A stretch of 63,827 nt of DNA, counting the filler, from Folioceros fuciformis (taxonomy: Eukaryota), in assembly GCA_049999805.1 (NCBI GenBank). It is 22 parts of 22 records of this genome, joined end to end, with 100 filler letters (N's around TTAATTAATTAA, not from the genome) between each part and the next. Parts side by side here need not be neighbours in the genome. Positions count along the whole stretch, not along the records: positions 35,084 to 36,764 come from JBNGIO010000439.1; positions 36,865 to 38,440 come from JBNGIO010000440.1; positions 38,541 to 39,847 come from JBNGIO010000441.1; positions 39,948 to 41,382 come from JBNGIO010000442.1; positions 41,483 to 42,641 come from JBNGIO010000443.1; positions 42,742 to 44,834 come from JBNGIO010000444.1; positions 44,935 to 47,446 come from JBNGIO010000445.1; positions 47,547 to 51,742 come from JBNGIO010000446.1; 14 more parts are not named here. The stretch is one strand, 5' to 3'. The notes beneath the pieces are model-generated. The model ran no database searches and had not been told where the DNA came from. It saw only the letters and a program-made list of their open reading frames with translations. Below are positions 35,800 to 48,516 of the stretch, piece by piece; positions within the stretch are counted from its first letter, which is position 1, and each line of letters opens with the position of its first letter. Made by a program: the position numbers and the translations under genes.

Positions 35800-36400
35800 T
35801 AGGCTGCTTTATCCAAGGATCCGGTGTTCCACCAGTGAGTGTGAAGGAGGCTTCAAGTTGAAACCTCTTTTCTGGGTGGGTGTCCTAGAGTTTTTCCCAC
35901 CACACTGGTCATGAACCATACCTAAAGACCATGAAGACAGATGCAGAGAAGTCAAAAGCGCTTGGTCAAAGGCCACCTTGCTCAAATAGAAAGGTTCCTT
36001 AGGGACAGTCTTAAATGTCTTGCAAAATGGAGTTCCCTAAATTGAGATGAAGAGTGTAAAGGGGAGTAATAGTCTGGTTGGGGCTAAAGAGCCCGAGCCC
36101 CATAGGGATATTCTCTAGCGTACCCCAATAAAAAGGCACCTCTTGAGAAGTGCCTCACGATGACCAAAATAGTCTCTCCTAGAACATCGCAAACACCACA
36201 TAGGAAGAAAAAGAAACAATGCCCATGCTGCTTTGTTAGGAAGATCGAAGAGAAGGCGATAAGCAAAGCAAATATCATCTTAGAGGCGCCATGGAAGCCA
36301 TCAAAAAAGCATGGTCTCGAAAAATGCTCCTCATGTAAGGCAATGAGATGATCAACATGCCTGTGCAACCATTGTCAAGAGTCCAAAGGTCAATAGGGTG
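35800..36400 (-). mobile_element. Highly degraded N-terminal part of a CRE-like retrotransposon ORF
   Basis: AAWALFLFLPMWCLRCSRR resembles the AWxLFLxLP block upstream of RT in CRE-type elements; many stops. Confidence 0.45.
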
Positions 36401-36864
36401 TACCCTAAAATTTAAAGGTCAACAGTGGCAAAAGTAGAAGCAAGTCTCAACTAAGCCTCCCAAGTAGTCCAGTTGAAGTCTTTAGATAGTAGTGTCTTCA
36501 TTTAAATTAGAATTAATTTTTTAATGAAAAATAACTTTTTACGTATATTTGTACTTCATTGTGGATTATACGATTGGTACACCATTTTCATGCCTAGCAA
36601 GGATGCACTAGACTTCATGAGTTCTTGGACACAAGGCATAATAAGTAAAAAGCTTGAATATGAAACTTGTATAGGCTAATTATAAAGACAATTATATCTT
36701 TGGCACTAAGCTGGTCACAAATGATATAATCATGTTAAAATACCATCAAAAGCGTGTGTTCAATNNNNNNNNNNNNNNNNNNNNNNNNNNNNNNNNNNNN
36801 NNNNNNNNTTAATTAATTAANNNNNNNNNNNNNNNNNNNNNNNNNNNNNNNNNNNNNNNNNNNN

Positions 36865-37102
36865 ACTTCAGTGCAGATAATGCTGAGCCTCTCATTCAGA
36901 CGTGCATGACGACGCTATTTTCCAAGATAGTGGGTAGGTGCAAACGGATGCTGGCGGAAATTGCAGTGAAAGCTGTGCTTGCTGTGGCGGATTTGGAGAG
37001 ACGTGATGTCAACCTTGACTTGATTAAGGTTGAAGGAAAAGTTGGTGGTAGGCTAGAGGATGCAAAGATTGCCATTCTGACCTGCCCATTCGAACCACCG
37101 AA
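36865..37102 (+). pseudogene. CCT5: TCP-1/CCT epsilon fragment, intronless, with internal deletion
   Basis: [59 protein letters not shown] is joined directly to [14 protein letters not shown], then similarity stops. Confidence 0.85.
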
Positions 37103-37119
37103 GCATCCCCAATAGAGTT

Positions 37120-37860
37120 GGGTAGTTAAGATAGACGTGGTAGGAGGGGTGGTTTAAGCGTTTAAGGACACTGTTTAATGTGCTTAAGCGCTGTAGTAGG
37201 TGAGGAACCATCAATGGCTGCCTACCCGATCAACCACCCCAACCGACAGTAGCCAGGAACTCTATAAGAGTCATAGGGCTCAAGAGATAAAGTGGTTGGT
37301 CTTTGTTTCTTACCAAGCCTGAGCACACTTGTTCGTGTTCCAACAAGTGCGCTCCTGCCGGCTGCGTCGTCTGCAGCGCCTAGTAGCTTGGTGGGGATCG
37401 TGACGGCCCAGACACCTGGGTGTGAGGTGCCGTGCTTCGCACGCACACTCGTGGGTATCCTACTGGAGTGAGTCGCCGACACCAGAGGCGTGTTTGGCAG
37501 GCAGGAGGTGTATTCAGGTTCGCGAGGGTCGTGGTAGAAGAAAGGTACGAATAGAGTCGCACACACACAACTAGGACAGGCCCTCCTTCGAGGGAACGAA
37601 ACCTGCTAGACTACACGACAGCGGGATAGGTGTGGCCGCTAGAGGGAAGCCCCTGGGTGTCCCCGGATTCTTTCCACCACAGCAAGTTATCAGCTCCTTA
37701 CATGAGGGAGAAGCTGGGGGTCATTATGCAGCCCATGTGACCTGCAAGAAAATTCTGGCAGCAGGGTATTGGTGGCCGGCAATGCATGCTGAGGCTGGAG
37801 AATTTATCAAGAGGTGTGATGGGTGCCAAAGGGTGGGGAAGCCTACCAGGACGACACGGC
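37120..37860 (+). mobile_element. LTR segment followed by a Gypsy integrase H2C2 Zn-binding fragment (37679-37860)
   Basis: LHEGEAGGHYAAHVTCKKILAAGYWWPAM...FIKRCDGCQR; U5-type motif gagggaacgaaacc at ~37590. Confidence 0.75.
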
Positions 37861-38540
37861 TGCAGCAGCAAACCAGCCAGATGCAGGCAGGTAGCTGCCG
37901 CAAGCGGCAGCCCCGACCAGCGGTTGCATCCAGCGGGCAGCCAGGTCGAGCAGGTTGGCTGCCTGGTTGGATCTAGAGGCTAGAGGTCGGCTAGTGGGCT
38001 CTGGCCAGTTGGCCAAGCTGTAGGCGAGGAAAGCAGGCTGGATCGCGGTCAGGGGCAGGGCACTTCGGCGGGCTATCGTAGTGCCAGAGCCATGCAGCCA
38101 AGCGGCTGGCGAGTCGACATCCAAGTGGGAGGGTGCCGAACCAGATTGGTAGCGGCAGCCGGATTCGGGATGTGGTCAGGCTTGGCAGGCAGGAGGCCGG
38201 GGTGGATCTAAGCCAGGCCGGTGCCTAGAGGAAGGCCGGGCCAGCAGCGGCCCAGCTACGGAGAGCAGGGGTTGCAGAGGAGCGCTTGCAAGGGCTGGGC
38301 AAGCAGCACGGACACCCGGCTACAGGGAGGCAGCCTCGCCTGGCTGCAGGCAGGCAACCTGGTAGCTGGCGGGTGGGTGACCTAGCAGGCACGGCGTCGG
38401 GATCCAGGCAGCCAGGGCTGGCTGGCCAGGATCGCGAGGGNNNNNNNNNNNNNNNNNNNNNNNNNNNNNNNNNNNNNNNNNNNNTTAATTAATTAANNNN
38501 NNNNNNNNNNNNNNNNNNNNNNNNNNNNNNNNNNNNNNNN

Positions 38541-38788
38541 TTTGTGGGCACCGAGAGAGGTGCAGCTGACTGCCGGACAGCGAGGCCTGTCCTACACCTG
38601 ATCGGAGCTGGAGGGGAGCCCTTGAATCCATCATCGAGTCGATCAAGTCCGACCCTCCATCCACAGCAGCAAGGAACCCCATCGCTCCTTCGTGGGAACG
38701 AAACCCAATGTCTCAATGACAGTGGGATAAGTGTGGCCACTAAAGGTGGAACCCGTTGGCAATCAGTGCCCGGGGTTTTGCCTCCACA
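38541..38788 (+). mobile_element. LTR family B 3' end
   Basis: High identity to 48270-48516 and 62186-62433. Confidence 0.85.
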
Positions 38789-39847
38789 ATTAGTCTCATG
38801 GGCTACCCTCACCTGAGCTAGGAGTGACTCCTGTTGCTCCATCAGCGCCTCGATCTCTGCCTTAGCTTGGCGTGCCTCTTCTTCGGCTTGTGCCTTGCCC
38901 TCGCTCAGGACCCGCCGCTCTTCTTCCAGGAGCCGTCATGCCATTTCAGACTCCGCCAGCTATCTCCAAGCTTCAAACTCCTTTCCTTTGCATCTGCCTC
39001 CCCACTTCGGGCCTCGGCCTCCTTCTCTGCTTGCCTGCTTAGCCAGGTCAATGCCCTAGCCATGTGGTCCAACACGTTCGCTTGTGCCTGTACCATGGCT
39101 GAGGTTAGTCCTGGCAAATCCACCTCCTTCGACCCCATAGGAGCCATTCCCCTCTTGGTTATCTGCCTCCCCAGCAACGCTCGTATCTTCTCCAACTCCC
39201 CTGCCTGCAACCTATCCACCTGAGGAATTTTCCTAAAAACATCCTCCCATTCTGGAAAGGCTTCCTGCTCCGAAGCACGCCCTAATTCACTCCTTCCCCT
39301 CAGGAGGGCCACTTCCATCACTAGCATCTGCTCCTGGGGTGCCTCTAGTTCCTCTTTATTCGGTTCCTGCTTTGCCGACCCTTGGTCTGCTGGTTCTTGA
39401 ACAGCTCCCTACTCCCCTTCAACCCGTTTGAGGTCTACCTCCTGTGATGCCGACTCGCTTCCTTTTCTGACAATCTAACCACCGGCCTGTCTCCTCTTGG
39501 CAGGAGCCTTTTTCCCTGACCCTGCCTTTCTCTTCTACTTGGCGGGGGTCCCCTCCTCCAAACTATCCGCATCGCCTGACTCCCAACTACTGGAGTCAGC
39601 TCCCGCTGGCTCAGCGGGCTTCCACTTTACATCTCTTATTGGTCTCCACATGTGCAGTAAGGCAAGCACTTCCAGCTCAGACACGAGATAAGCATAGCAG
39701 TAGATATGAATTAGAAAGGGAGAAATCATTGAAGGTTGGGGAGAGGACAGGGTTAGATTCTGCCTTTCCTCATCCATCCTGGCATACAAGATTTTCTCCT
39801 AGTCCACCTTGCTCCCCTTGACCACCTCGTGCACAAACAAGAGCATC
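38789..39847 (-). mobile_element. Retroelement accessory ORF remnant (charged, coiled-coil)
   Basis: Partial ORFs 39535-39789 and 38905-39327; overlaps the homologue at 23766+. Confidence 0.5.
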
Positions 39848-39947
39848 NNNNNNNNNNNNNNNNNNNNNNNNNNNNNNNNNNNNNNNNNNNNTTAATTAAT
39901 TAANNNNNNNNNNNNNNNNNNNNNNNNNNNNNNNNNNNNNNNNNNNN

Positions 39948-41002
39948 GTCTCAAGATACTTAAGAGGTGGTAGATCCTTGTGGTGGTAGGGCCAGCTCGT
40001 TGGTGGCAGGATGTGCTAGAAGTCTAAATAAGTGGCTGGTGACAGCCGGCTAGGCTAGTGGTCCTATTCAAATAATATTTGTCAAGTTAGAGAGAGGTGA
40101 AGTCAGAGAGAGAGAGAGGCTCCTATAAGATCAGGTGAGCCTGTAGGAGGAGGTAGTCATTCACTTTGAGAGTCAGTCTATCACTTTGTGAGCTCTTAGA
40201 GGTACTCTCTTCACGAGCTCTTGTGGTCTGTCCCTGCTTGGTTTAGGACCTGCAATGTGCTGCCGGCTGTACAGTGTCTGGTAGGATCGCAAGCAGCGTG
40301 TTGCCGACTGTACAGTGTTTGGTAGGATCGTGGGCAGCGTGTTGCCAGTTGTATAGTGTCTGGTAGGATCACAAGGTGTAATGACCCTCTGGGGTGAAGG
40401 GGCTTGCCCTTAGCTCTTGATTGTAAAGGATGTGTCTTTCTCTCAACCTGTCCCCTCTTGTTCCCTGTTTGGACAAGTGTTGTAGGCCGGCCATGTTTTA
40501 TGGCATCTGGTAAGGTTGTGGGGAGGAGATATCCGAGAGGGGAGTGTGTTCCCTTCTTTCTTTTCTTTGGGGTTAGTCTAGTGACTCTTGCCGGGTAGGA
40601 GGAGTCAGTAGGGAAGCGTAGAAGGTAGTGGTGTCGTTGCTGGTTGTTGGTTGTTGCAGATTGATGCTAGTGCTGGTGCTCGAGTGAGTGAGTGAGTGAA
40701 GTGAGGAAAGTCGCAGATTTGAGAAGTTAGGGTCGTTGTAGTGACTGGAGTGAATTTGTGGGCACCGAGAGAGGTGCAGTTGATTGCTGGACAGCGAGGA
40801 CTGTCCCACACCTAATCAGAGCTGGAGGGGAGCCCTCGAATCCGTCATCGAGTCAGTTGAGTCTGACCCTCCATTCAAAGCAGCTAGGAACCCCATCGCT
40901 CCTTGGTGGGAACGAAACCCAATGTCTCAACGATAGTGGGATAAGTGTGGCCGCTAAAGGTTGAACTCGTTGGCAAACAGTGCCCGGAGTTTTGCCACCA
41001 CA
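39948..41002 (+). mobile_element. LTR family B with internal ~41-bp tandem repeats
   Basis: Colinear with 47547-48516; repeat gccggctgtacagtgtctggtaggatc present 3 times. Confidence 0.85.
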
Positions 41003-41482
41003 CCAATACCGTCTCCGCTGCTTCACTTAGGACCCGGAGTACCTCTCCATGGAAGAAAGCATGGCTGTCATCCAATTGTTGGATGGCATCAACCACCATT
41101 CTTCAAACGGTCTGGTTCTCCAATCGCCATCATGCCTCAAGAAGCTCAGCATGTTTGGCAGTAATGGTGTTGACATGTCAACGGAGCTCTTCTAGGGCAG
41201 CGAAGGTGTGACTGTTGCCAATTCCTGCAGACATAGGGCGGACACAGCTTCTGTCAGAGCTCGGAGCAAGGCAATGTCTCGTTGGTCCTCCTAGGTCTCA
41301 AAGTTGCAATCACACGGTGACGCTCCAGAAGCCACGGGCGGCGATTCGGGACGCCAGCTAGTAGGGTTGCTTGCCTCTGGCGNNNNNNNNNNNNNNNNNN
41401 NNNNNNNNNNNNNNNNNNNNNNNNNNTTAATTAATTAANNNNNNNNNNNNNNNNNNNNNNNNNNNNNNNNNNNNNNNNNNNN

Positions 41483-42130
41483 GCCCACAAACTCACTCCA
41501 GTCATTACAACGACACTAACCTCTCAAATTTGCAACTTTCCTCACTCACTCCAGCACCGACAACCAGCAATCAGCAACGTCACCGCTACCTCCTACATGT
41601 CCTTATTGACTCCCCCTACCCAGCAAGAGTCACTAGACTAACCCCAAAGAAAAGCATGCCACCACCCACGATACTATCAGACACCATGCAAGCATGGTCG
41701 GCACTCACTCTAGCCCTGCGAGGAAACGAGAATGACATATCATGGGAACACGACACGGAGAGCACAATCAAGAATTAAAAGGGACCCCGCCCTTAGCCCT
41801 GGCCACCACTTCTCAAAGCTTTACCAGACGCTGCACACATGCACAACCGGCACACACTGCTGTATCCAAGAAGGGACAGCTTGAGAGAACTCGCAAAGTG
41901 ACAACCTGCCTCCTACAGTCTCACCTGACCTTATAGGAGCCTCTCTCTCTCTGACTTCACCTCTCTCTAGCATGAAAAATATTATTTTAATAGGACCACT
42001 AACCTAGCTGTGACCAGCCACTTATTTAGACTTTCCTAGGACACCCTGCCGCCAATGAGTCGGCCCTACAACCTGCTAACCCTACCACCACAAGTATCTA
42101 CCACCTTGGAAACCACCCTGAGACTTTGAA
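41483..42130 (-). mobile_element. LTR family B, diverged copy
   Basis: Reverse complement of blocks in 39948-40770. Confidence 0.75.
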
Positions 42131-43257
42131 GGATGCCTGATCTTCAAAGTTCTTGCGGACCCTAAACCCTAAACCCTCTTCCTTACTGGATGGCCGCCCG
42201 CAAAGCCTTCCCCTGCAACTGTTCCCCCTTGATAGTTGAGCCTGCCTGCACGGGAGGAGTGTGCGTAGTGGGAGAAGATAGGGAAGAGGTGGGAAGAAGT
42301 GGGATCAGCAGTCGGAATTGGGCCTGAAATCGACAGCTTATTCAGCTGAATCAGCTTCCAGCCGAAATGGTTCTTCGACCATAGAAAGCTAATCCCGGGG
42401 TGCTGGGAGAGGCCCCGGATTGTGAGGAGAAGAAAGTAGGTGAAATAGAGTTGAGTTGGAATTTCTTGAATAAACTCCAGAAAAATAGGGGTGAAAATAG
42501 AAAAAGGAAATTAGGAAAATAAAAAAACAAAATACCGGAATATGTATACTATATATGTATCAATATGTATGAAATACTTATCAAATTGTATAACATATAA
42601 GGGGGTGTGTGTGCATGTATACATACCGTATACGATACCTANNNNNNNNNNNNNNNNNNNNNNNNNNNNNNNNNNNNNNNNNNNNTTAATTAATTAANNN
42701 NNNNNNNNNNNNNNNNNNNNNNNNNNNNNNNNNNNNNNNNNCGGCCGGATCCAGCGCCGCTCCTGCTGACCCCTTAGGACTGTCTGTCGATCTGGCCTCC
42801 TCGCCGGCTAGATCTGCCAACCCACCCTCCTGCCACTTGCCCAGAGGCCGCAACCTGGGGCCGCAACCTGGCTCCTGCCTTCTGAATCCGGCCAGATCTA
42901 GGCCGCCGCCCTATCCCGCCGGTCTGCTAACTTGGCCGCCTGTGCTCTAGTGATCCCTATCCACCCGACGCACCAGGGCAGCGTCCCGACACCTCCATCT
43001 CTGTCCCCAACTTCCACCAGCGACAGCCAGAGGACCCCCAACTCGCTTTCCGCGACGTCCCAGGTTTCCTATTCCTCCGTTACCTTACCCCGAGGAACCA
43101 GAGCCCGTGTCCTATCTACCACACAACCTACCTACCTTATCGACTCACCATCAACCTAACTATTATTCTAACCTAACCTTCCAACCTTTCCTCTACAACA
43201 CTCACCCACAAATCCAAAAAAAAGAAAACCTATCATTTCCTAGGGGTCTGTTCAGCA

Positions 43258-44289
43258 TGTGGAGTCCACACACCGTGAGGCCCACATTCACCCTCTATGT
43301 CATTATAGTCGTATGAATTGCTCCCAAGGGAATGATTTGTGCCAAGGAACGCTAACTTCTATCACTACTAACTGTGACCTAAGTCAAGACTCACCTACTA
43401 CCGCCCCTACTACCCACCAGCTCAACTACTACTACCCCCAGTTAGCCCAACTACTGCGGACCCTACTCTACGACTCCGGTTCCTACTCCACAACCGCGGT
43501 CGCTGTTTCCGCGACCAGACTTATAGATATGGCCTTATTGGATGCTCTCCACACATGCAAATGCCAATCCTTGGGAAACAGGACCCCGCGAATCAACCAC
43601 ACTCCTTCACACACACATGCAAGACTCTCCACACATGCAAAACACAAGAGCTTTGGTTCACACTCGTTTCTCACAGGCCTGATTCCAAATGTCTCCAATC
43701 TTCCAGCAATGTCCACAAATCTCCAACAATCTCCTCCAATCTCTAACAATCTTCCACAAACGCTCAAAAATATCTCAGAAATCTTCCATAAATCATCTCC
43801 AATCTCCCTCAATCTCTCAACAATCCTCTTCAGTTTGTTGCAGTTAGTTCTTCTCCTTCACTCTCAATCTCCTGCCTCACACCTCGCATCGCGTTCAGTG
43901 ATAAGCCACACTTCTTCTCTCTTGCCTTACACCTCGCATCGCGTTCAGAGCTTGGCCACCCTTCTCTTCTTCTCTTCTAAGCTCACTCACTTATCCTCTT
44001 CACACACCTCTTCAATCTTCCTCTTCACACACACTTCCACACTCAAAATTTTGGAACACAACCAGCAGTTTAGGGAATGAGGGAAGGGGAAGTTTACGAA
44101 CATCACAACAGGCGTTACGAGCAAGCTCCAAACTTGCCATGCGCCAATCCTTCAACCCCTCTTCCGTTGTCAGCAAAACTTGCTCATTCGTCCCCCTCAC
44201 CACCAACCGCAGAGCAAAGCTCTCGACCAGCCCTAGGAGCTTCTCGCAAACACTACCCACCTTGACCACACGACTCCAATCCAGCCACA
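43258..44289 (-). mobile_element. Probable solo LTR related to family A; a second LTR-end fragment starts at 44469
   Basis: TGTGG...CCACA termini; contains the reverse complement of the family A U5 motif; no clean TSD. Confidence 0.6.
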
Positions 44290-44934
44290 GGTAGCACGGG
44301 GATCTCAAACGGGAAGTTGTCTAATTTGAGAGGCACCAACATGCCTCTTTATACAAATTTTCAAAACGGTTGCCACAGCCCGCCATAAAGTCTGGTTCTA
44401 AAAGCAGTCAACTTGAAAGGTGCCCTTAATTATGGGCGGCATCATGTCCAAGATAGCATCTTGTCAAATGTGGAGTAGAATGTTGTGTCTGGGGACACCG
44501 CGAGGCCCACACAAACCCTCTATGTCGTTGTAGCCATGGGATTCGCTCCCAAGGGAATGATTTGTGCTAAGTAACATAGGTTTCTTCTACTACTGACTCT
44601 TGCCTAAGATTAAATACTCTAACACAAACAACCCTTAAGAGTGTGAGAGCGGGCGTAAATTAAGATTCTGCCTTATAATTACACCCGCCATGAGCTGTAC
44701 AATCCACACATGTGTGCTTCTCGTCTCCTACTCCCACTATGCGTGCTCACACGTGTCCAAAATCTTTTCTTGATTTTCTTAAGTTTGCGATAAGCCTTTG
44801 TTTTTTTACCTATCTTGCCCTTACTTGCTTCTCTNNNNNNNNNNNNNNNNNNNNNNNNNNNNNNNNNNNNNNNNNNNNTTAATTAATTAANNNNNNNNNN
44901 NNNNNNNNNNNNNNNNNNNNNNNNNNNNNNNNNN

Positions 44935-47446
44935 GCTCAATATATATAGGGTTATACCAGGCATGGCTTTGTCCAGTGTAGTTAGTGCAGTGGGATCCAT
45001 GACTTGGTCAAGAATGAATTTTTGAGAAGAAATAGAGTAGTAATAATGGCTCCGAGCTGGATGGGCCGTAAAAGCTATAAGTTATAAGGTGAAGAGATGG
45101 CGTAGAAAGACGTACATGTACTGTATATGTGTTTGTTGGAGATAAGGAGTGAAAGGACCATGTATCCTATCCCAGAAGGAGAGTCAAGGCCAAGCCAGGC
45201 ATAGAAAACGATGCCATGGCACACCTACCTCACCCAGTATGCATGTATGTATGTGCTGTAATAGGAGCTTGTGCAAAATCAACGGTCAAAATATGAAAAG
45301 TGGGTCAAAATATTGCTTGTTTTTTTCTCGTTGGTCACGGTCCTGCCCGCTCATCTGTTGAGCCTGTGTGTGGGTCCAGGTCCGGCTCCGGTTCCGGCTC
45401 CGTCCCCGGGTCTGGCTCCGAGTCCCGGTCCACATATATATGCATCTATCGTGGGAAGACGCGAAAGGAGAGGATGTGTGTGTTGAGATAAAAACGCATC
45501 GGCTGATGTCACACCGATTCTTATATGACTTCACCGGACTTCGACTCGGACTACTCTCATCACTCACACTCCCGTTCACATTACATTCCAAATGCGACCC
45601 AAGACCCAAGGAGGACGGGCAGAAAGCGAAGCGAAGCGAAGCGAAGCAAAGCCAAGCACAGCGCGGCTAGGGAAGGAAAGGGAAAGGACAGGAAAGGAAA
45701 GGAAAGGAAAGGGCAACAAATGGGAGAGAGGGAGAGAGGGAGAGAGGGAGAGCATCGAAGAACGTGTGAGCAAAGCGAAACGAAACGGAACGGATGCGAT
45801 TCGCTGGGTTGGCCCAATGGAGTGAGTCGGTTTCCAAGCAGGTTCTGAAGCAACAGCGGCTCATTGGCTGCCTCACATCACTCCCCTGCCCTGCCCTACC
45901 TACCTTGACCGCTTTTTTGTGGTGTGTTGTGATGTACAGTACCTGCTTCCTGTCCTGCATGTCATGCGCTGCATAAATGCAGGTGCAATGTTATCCGTCC
46001 ATTTGCCCTCGGGGCCCAGCCTGGAGGCATCACGCACAGGCCCTACACAGAGGAGAGAGATGCCATACCGCAGCTCCCATTGGTGCACTACTCCACATCA
46101 TTTGACCAGGCGCCGACACGACGCACCAGGGCCAGCCCTGCTTCAGGGCTTCCCTGGCGTCTGGAGCCAACCGCGAGGCAGGCAGGGGCCAGGGAGAGGG
46201 CCAGGCCACTGCCACTGCCAGGGCCAGCTTCACAGCCTCTCTTTCTCTCTCTCTCTCTCTCTCATCCCTCAGTCAGTCCCTCAGACCCGGCCACAGGAAC
46301 CCACCACTCTCGCCTCCTCGCTTTCGCGCCGGCGAATAACTCACTCTCTCTCTCTCTCTTGCGCGCGCCCCCACATACACACACACACACACACAAATAT
46401 ACATATATAATATAACATTCGCAACAAACATACAATCCATACAGTCATATTTAAGTAGGGTTAGGTCAAAACAGCGGCCTGTCGCCGCGGCTACCTTCGT
46501 CCACTGCTTCAGTCCAAATCATCCTCGGACGCTAGCACTGGGATATTTGTCTCCAACGAGTGGCTGCCGCTGCTCTGCGATTCCCAACCACCCGGGTGCG
46601 GGTGCGGGTGCGGGTGCACAAACTCTATATTCCTCGATTCCCCGATTCTCCGATTCCTGCCTTCTTGGATATGGCCCGGTCTGCTCCGCCCCCGCCTGTC
46701 TCTGTCATATGTGGTACATACATGATGTACAAGGCTCCTCTCCTCTTTTCTCTTCTCTTCTCCCTTGGCTTGGCTTGGCTTGGCTTGGCTTGGCTTGGCT
46801 TGGCTTCTCTTCTCCTTCTCCTTCTCTTGCCCGCGGCGTACGGCGCGGTTTACCGTGTACGGCACGTTCCCTTACTGCTAGTAGTATAGAGGGCAGGGCA
46901 AAGGGCAAAGGGCAAGGGCAGAGAGACGCAGCCGCATGAGTCGGCAGCGGACACCCAGCACCCGGCACCGCGGCCATCAGGAACGGATAATGTCGGGATA
47001 ATTTCTCCACTTCTGCAAACCTAATCCGCTACAGCCCCACCGACTCCCCCACCCTCCTGCTGTACTGTACAAACCTCATCTCCATAAATCTCCTGCTCTC
47101 ACGTGGGCCCAGCCGCTCAGCCGTCCAGCCATATGTACCTATGTACATATGCCTGCTTGCCCATATATCTAAAACAACTGCCCTCATCACGCACCACGTC
47201 TTCTTGAAGCCGTCCCCGTCCGCCTCCCCCTCCTCCTCCTCCGTCCACTTCCCACTTTTAGCCTTTTACACCTCAACCATGGCTGGCTGCATTTCCCGGG
47301 ACGTGACCCACGCCCCTCACGCCCCGCCGCTTCCTCCTCTCCAACCCGCTCGCTCCGAAGCCACCAAGAGTTGGCGTACCGCCTGCCACGCACCAATGCT
47401 CCACCGCTCCTCGTGTTTTGTCACCTGTCCGTCCACATGCGGAAGG
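44935..47446. other. Microsatellite-rich non-coding contig, possibly fungal intergenic DNA
   Basis: (GCGAA)n 45626, (GGAAA)n 45690, (CT)n 46245, (CA)n 46378, (GGGTGC)n 46594, (TTGGC)n 46765; no match to the plant repeat families in this window. Confidence 0.5.
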
Positions 47447-47546
47447 NNNNNNNNNNNNNNNNNNNNNNNNNNNNNNNNNNNNNNNNNNNNTTAATTAATT
47501 AANNNNNNNNNNNNNNNNNNNNNNNNNNNNNNNNNNNNNNNNNNNN

Positions 47547-48516
47547 CTATTAAAATAATATTTCTCAAGTTAGAGAGAGGTGAAGTCAGAGAGAGAGAGA
47601 GGCTCCTATAAGATCAGGTGAGCCTGAAGGAAGAAGGAGTCATTCACTTTGGGAGTCAGTCTATCTCTTCGTGAGCTCTTGGAGGTCCTCTCTTCATGAG
47701 CTCTTGTGGTTTGTCCCTGCTTGATCTAGGACCTGCAGTGTGTGGCCGGCTGTGCAACGTCTGGTAGGATCGCAAGCCGTGTGTTGCCGGCTGTACAATG
47801 TCTGGTAGGATTGCAGGCAGCGTGTTGCCGGCTGTACAGTGTCTGGTAGGATCACGAGCAGCGTGTTGCCAGTTGTATAGTGTCTGGTAGGATCACAAGG
47901 TGTAATGACCAGGGTGTAGGGGCTTGCCCCCAGCTCTTGATTGTAAAGGGTGTGTCTTTCTCTCAACCTGTCCACTCTTGTTCCTTGCTTGGTCAAGTGC
48001 TGTAGGCCGGCCATGTCTCATGGCGTCTGGTAAGGTTGTGGGGAGGAGATACCCAAGAGGGGAGTGTGTTCCCTTCTTCCTTTTGTTTGGGGTTAGTCTA
48101 GTGACTCTTGCCGTGTAGGAGGAGTTAGTAGGGAACTGTAGAAGGTAGTGGTGTCGTTGCTGGTTCCTGGTAGTTGCTGGTGTTGGTGCTAGAGTGAGAG
48201 AGTGAGTGAGGTGTGTGAGGGAAGACGCAGATCTGGGAGGTTAGAGTCGTTGTAGTGACTGGAGTGAGTTTGTGGGCACCGAGAGAGGTGCAGCTGACCG
48301 CTGGACAGCGAGGCCTGTCCTACGCCCGATCGGAGCTGGAGGGGAGCCCTCGAATCCATCATCGAGTTGACCAAGTCCGACCCTCCATCCACAGCAGCAA
48401 GGAACCCCATCGTTCCTTCATGGGAACGAAACCCAATGTCTCAACGACAGTGGGATAAGTGTGGCCACTAAAGGTGGGACCCATCGGCAATCAGTGCCCG
48501 GGGTTTTGCCTCCACA
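47547..48516 (+). mobile_element. LTR family B with four internal ~41-bp repeats
   Basis: Colinear with 40060-41002; ends gcctccaca. Confidence 0.85.

Noticed and set aside
42159-42178. CCCTAAA telomere-like repeats
   Set aside because: Only ~2.5 units; a common interstitial telo-box, not a telomere.
43259-44080. 273-aa ORF on the plus strand
   Set aside because: Low-complexity S/T/L/H translation of the C/T-rich strand of an LTR.
47740-47895. ~41-bp repeats resembling a CRISPR or iteron array
   Set aside because: Head-to-tail tandem repeats internal to LTR family B, also present at ~40255-40372.
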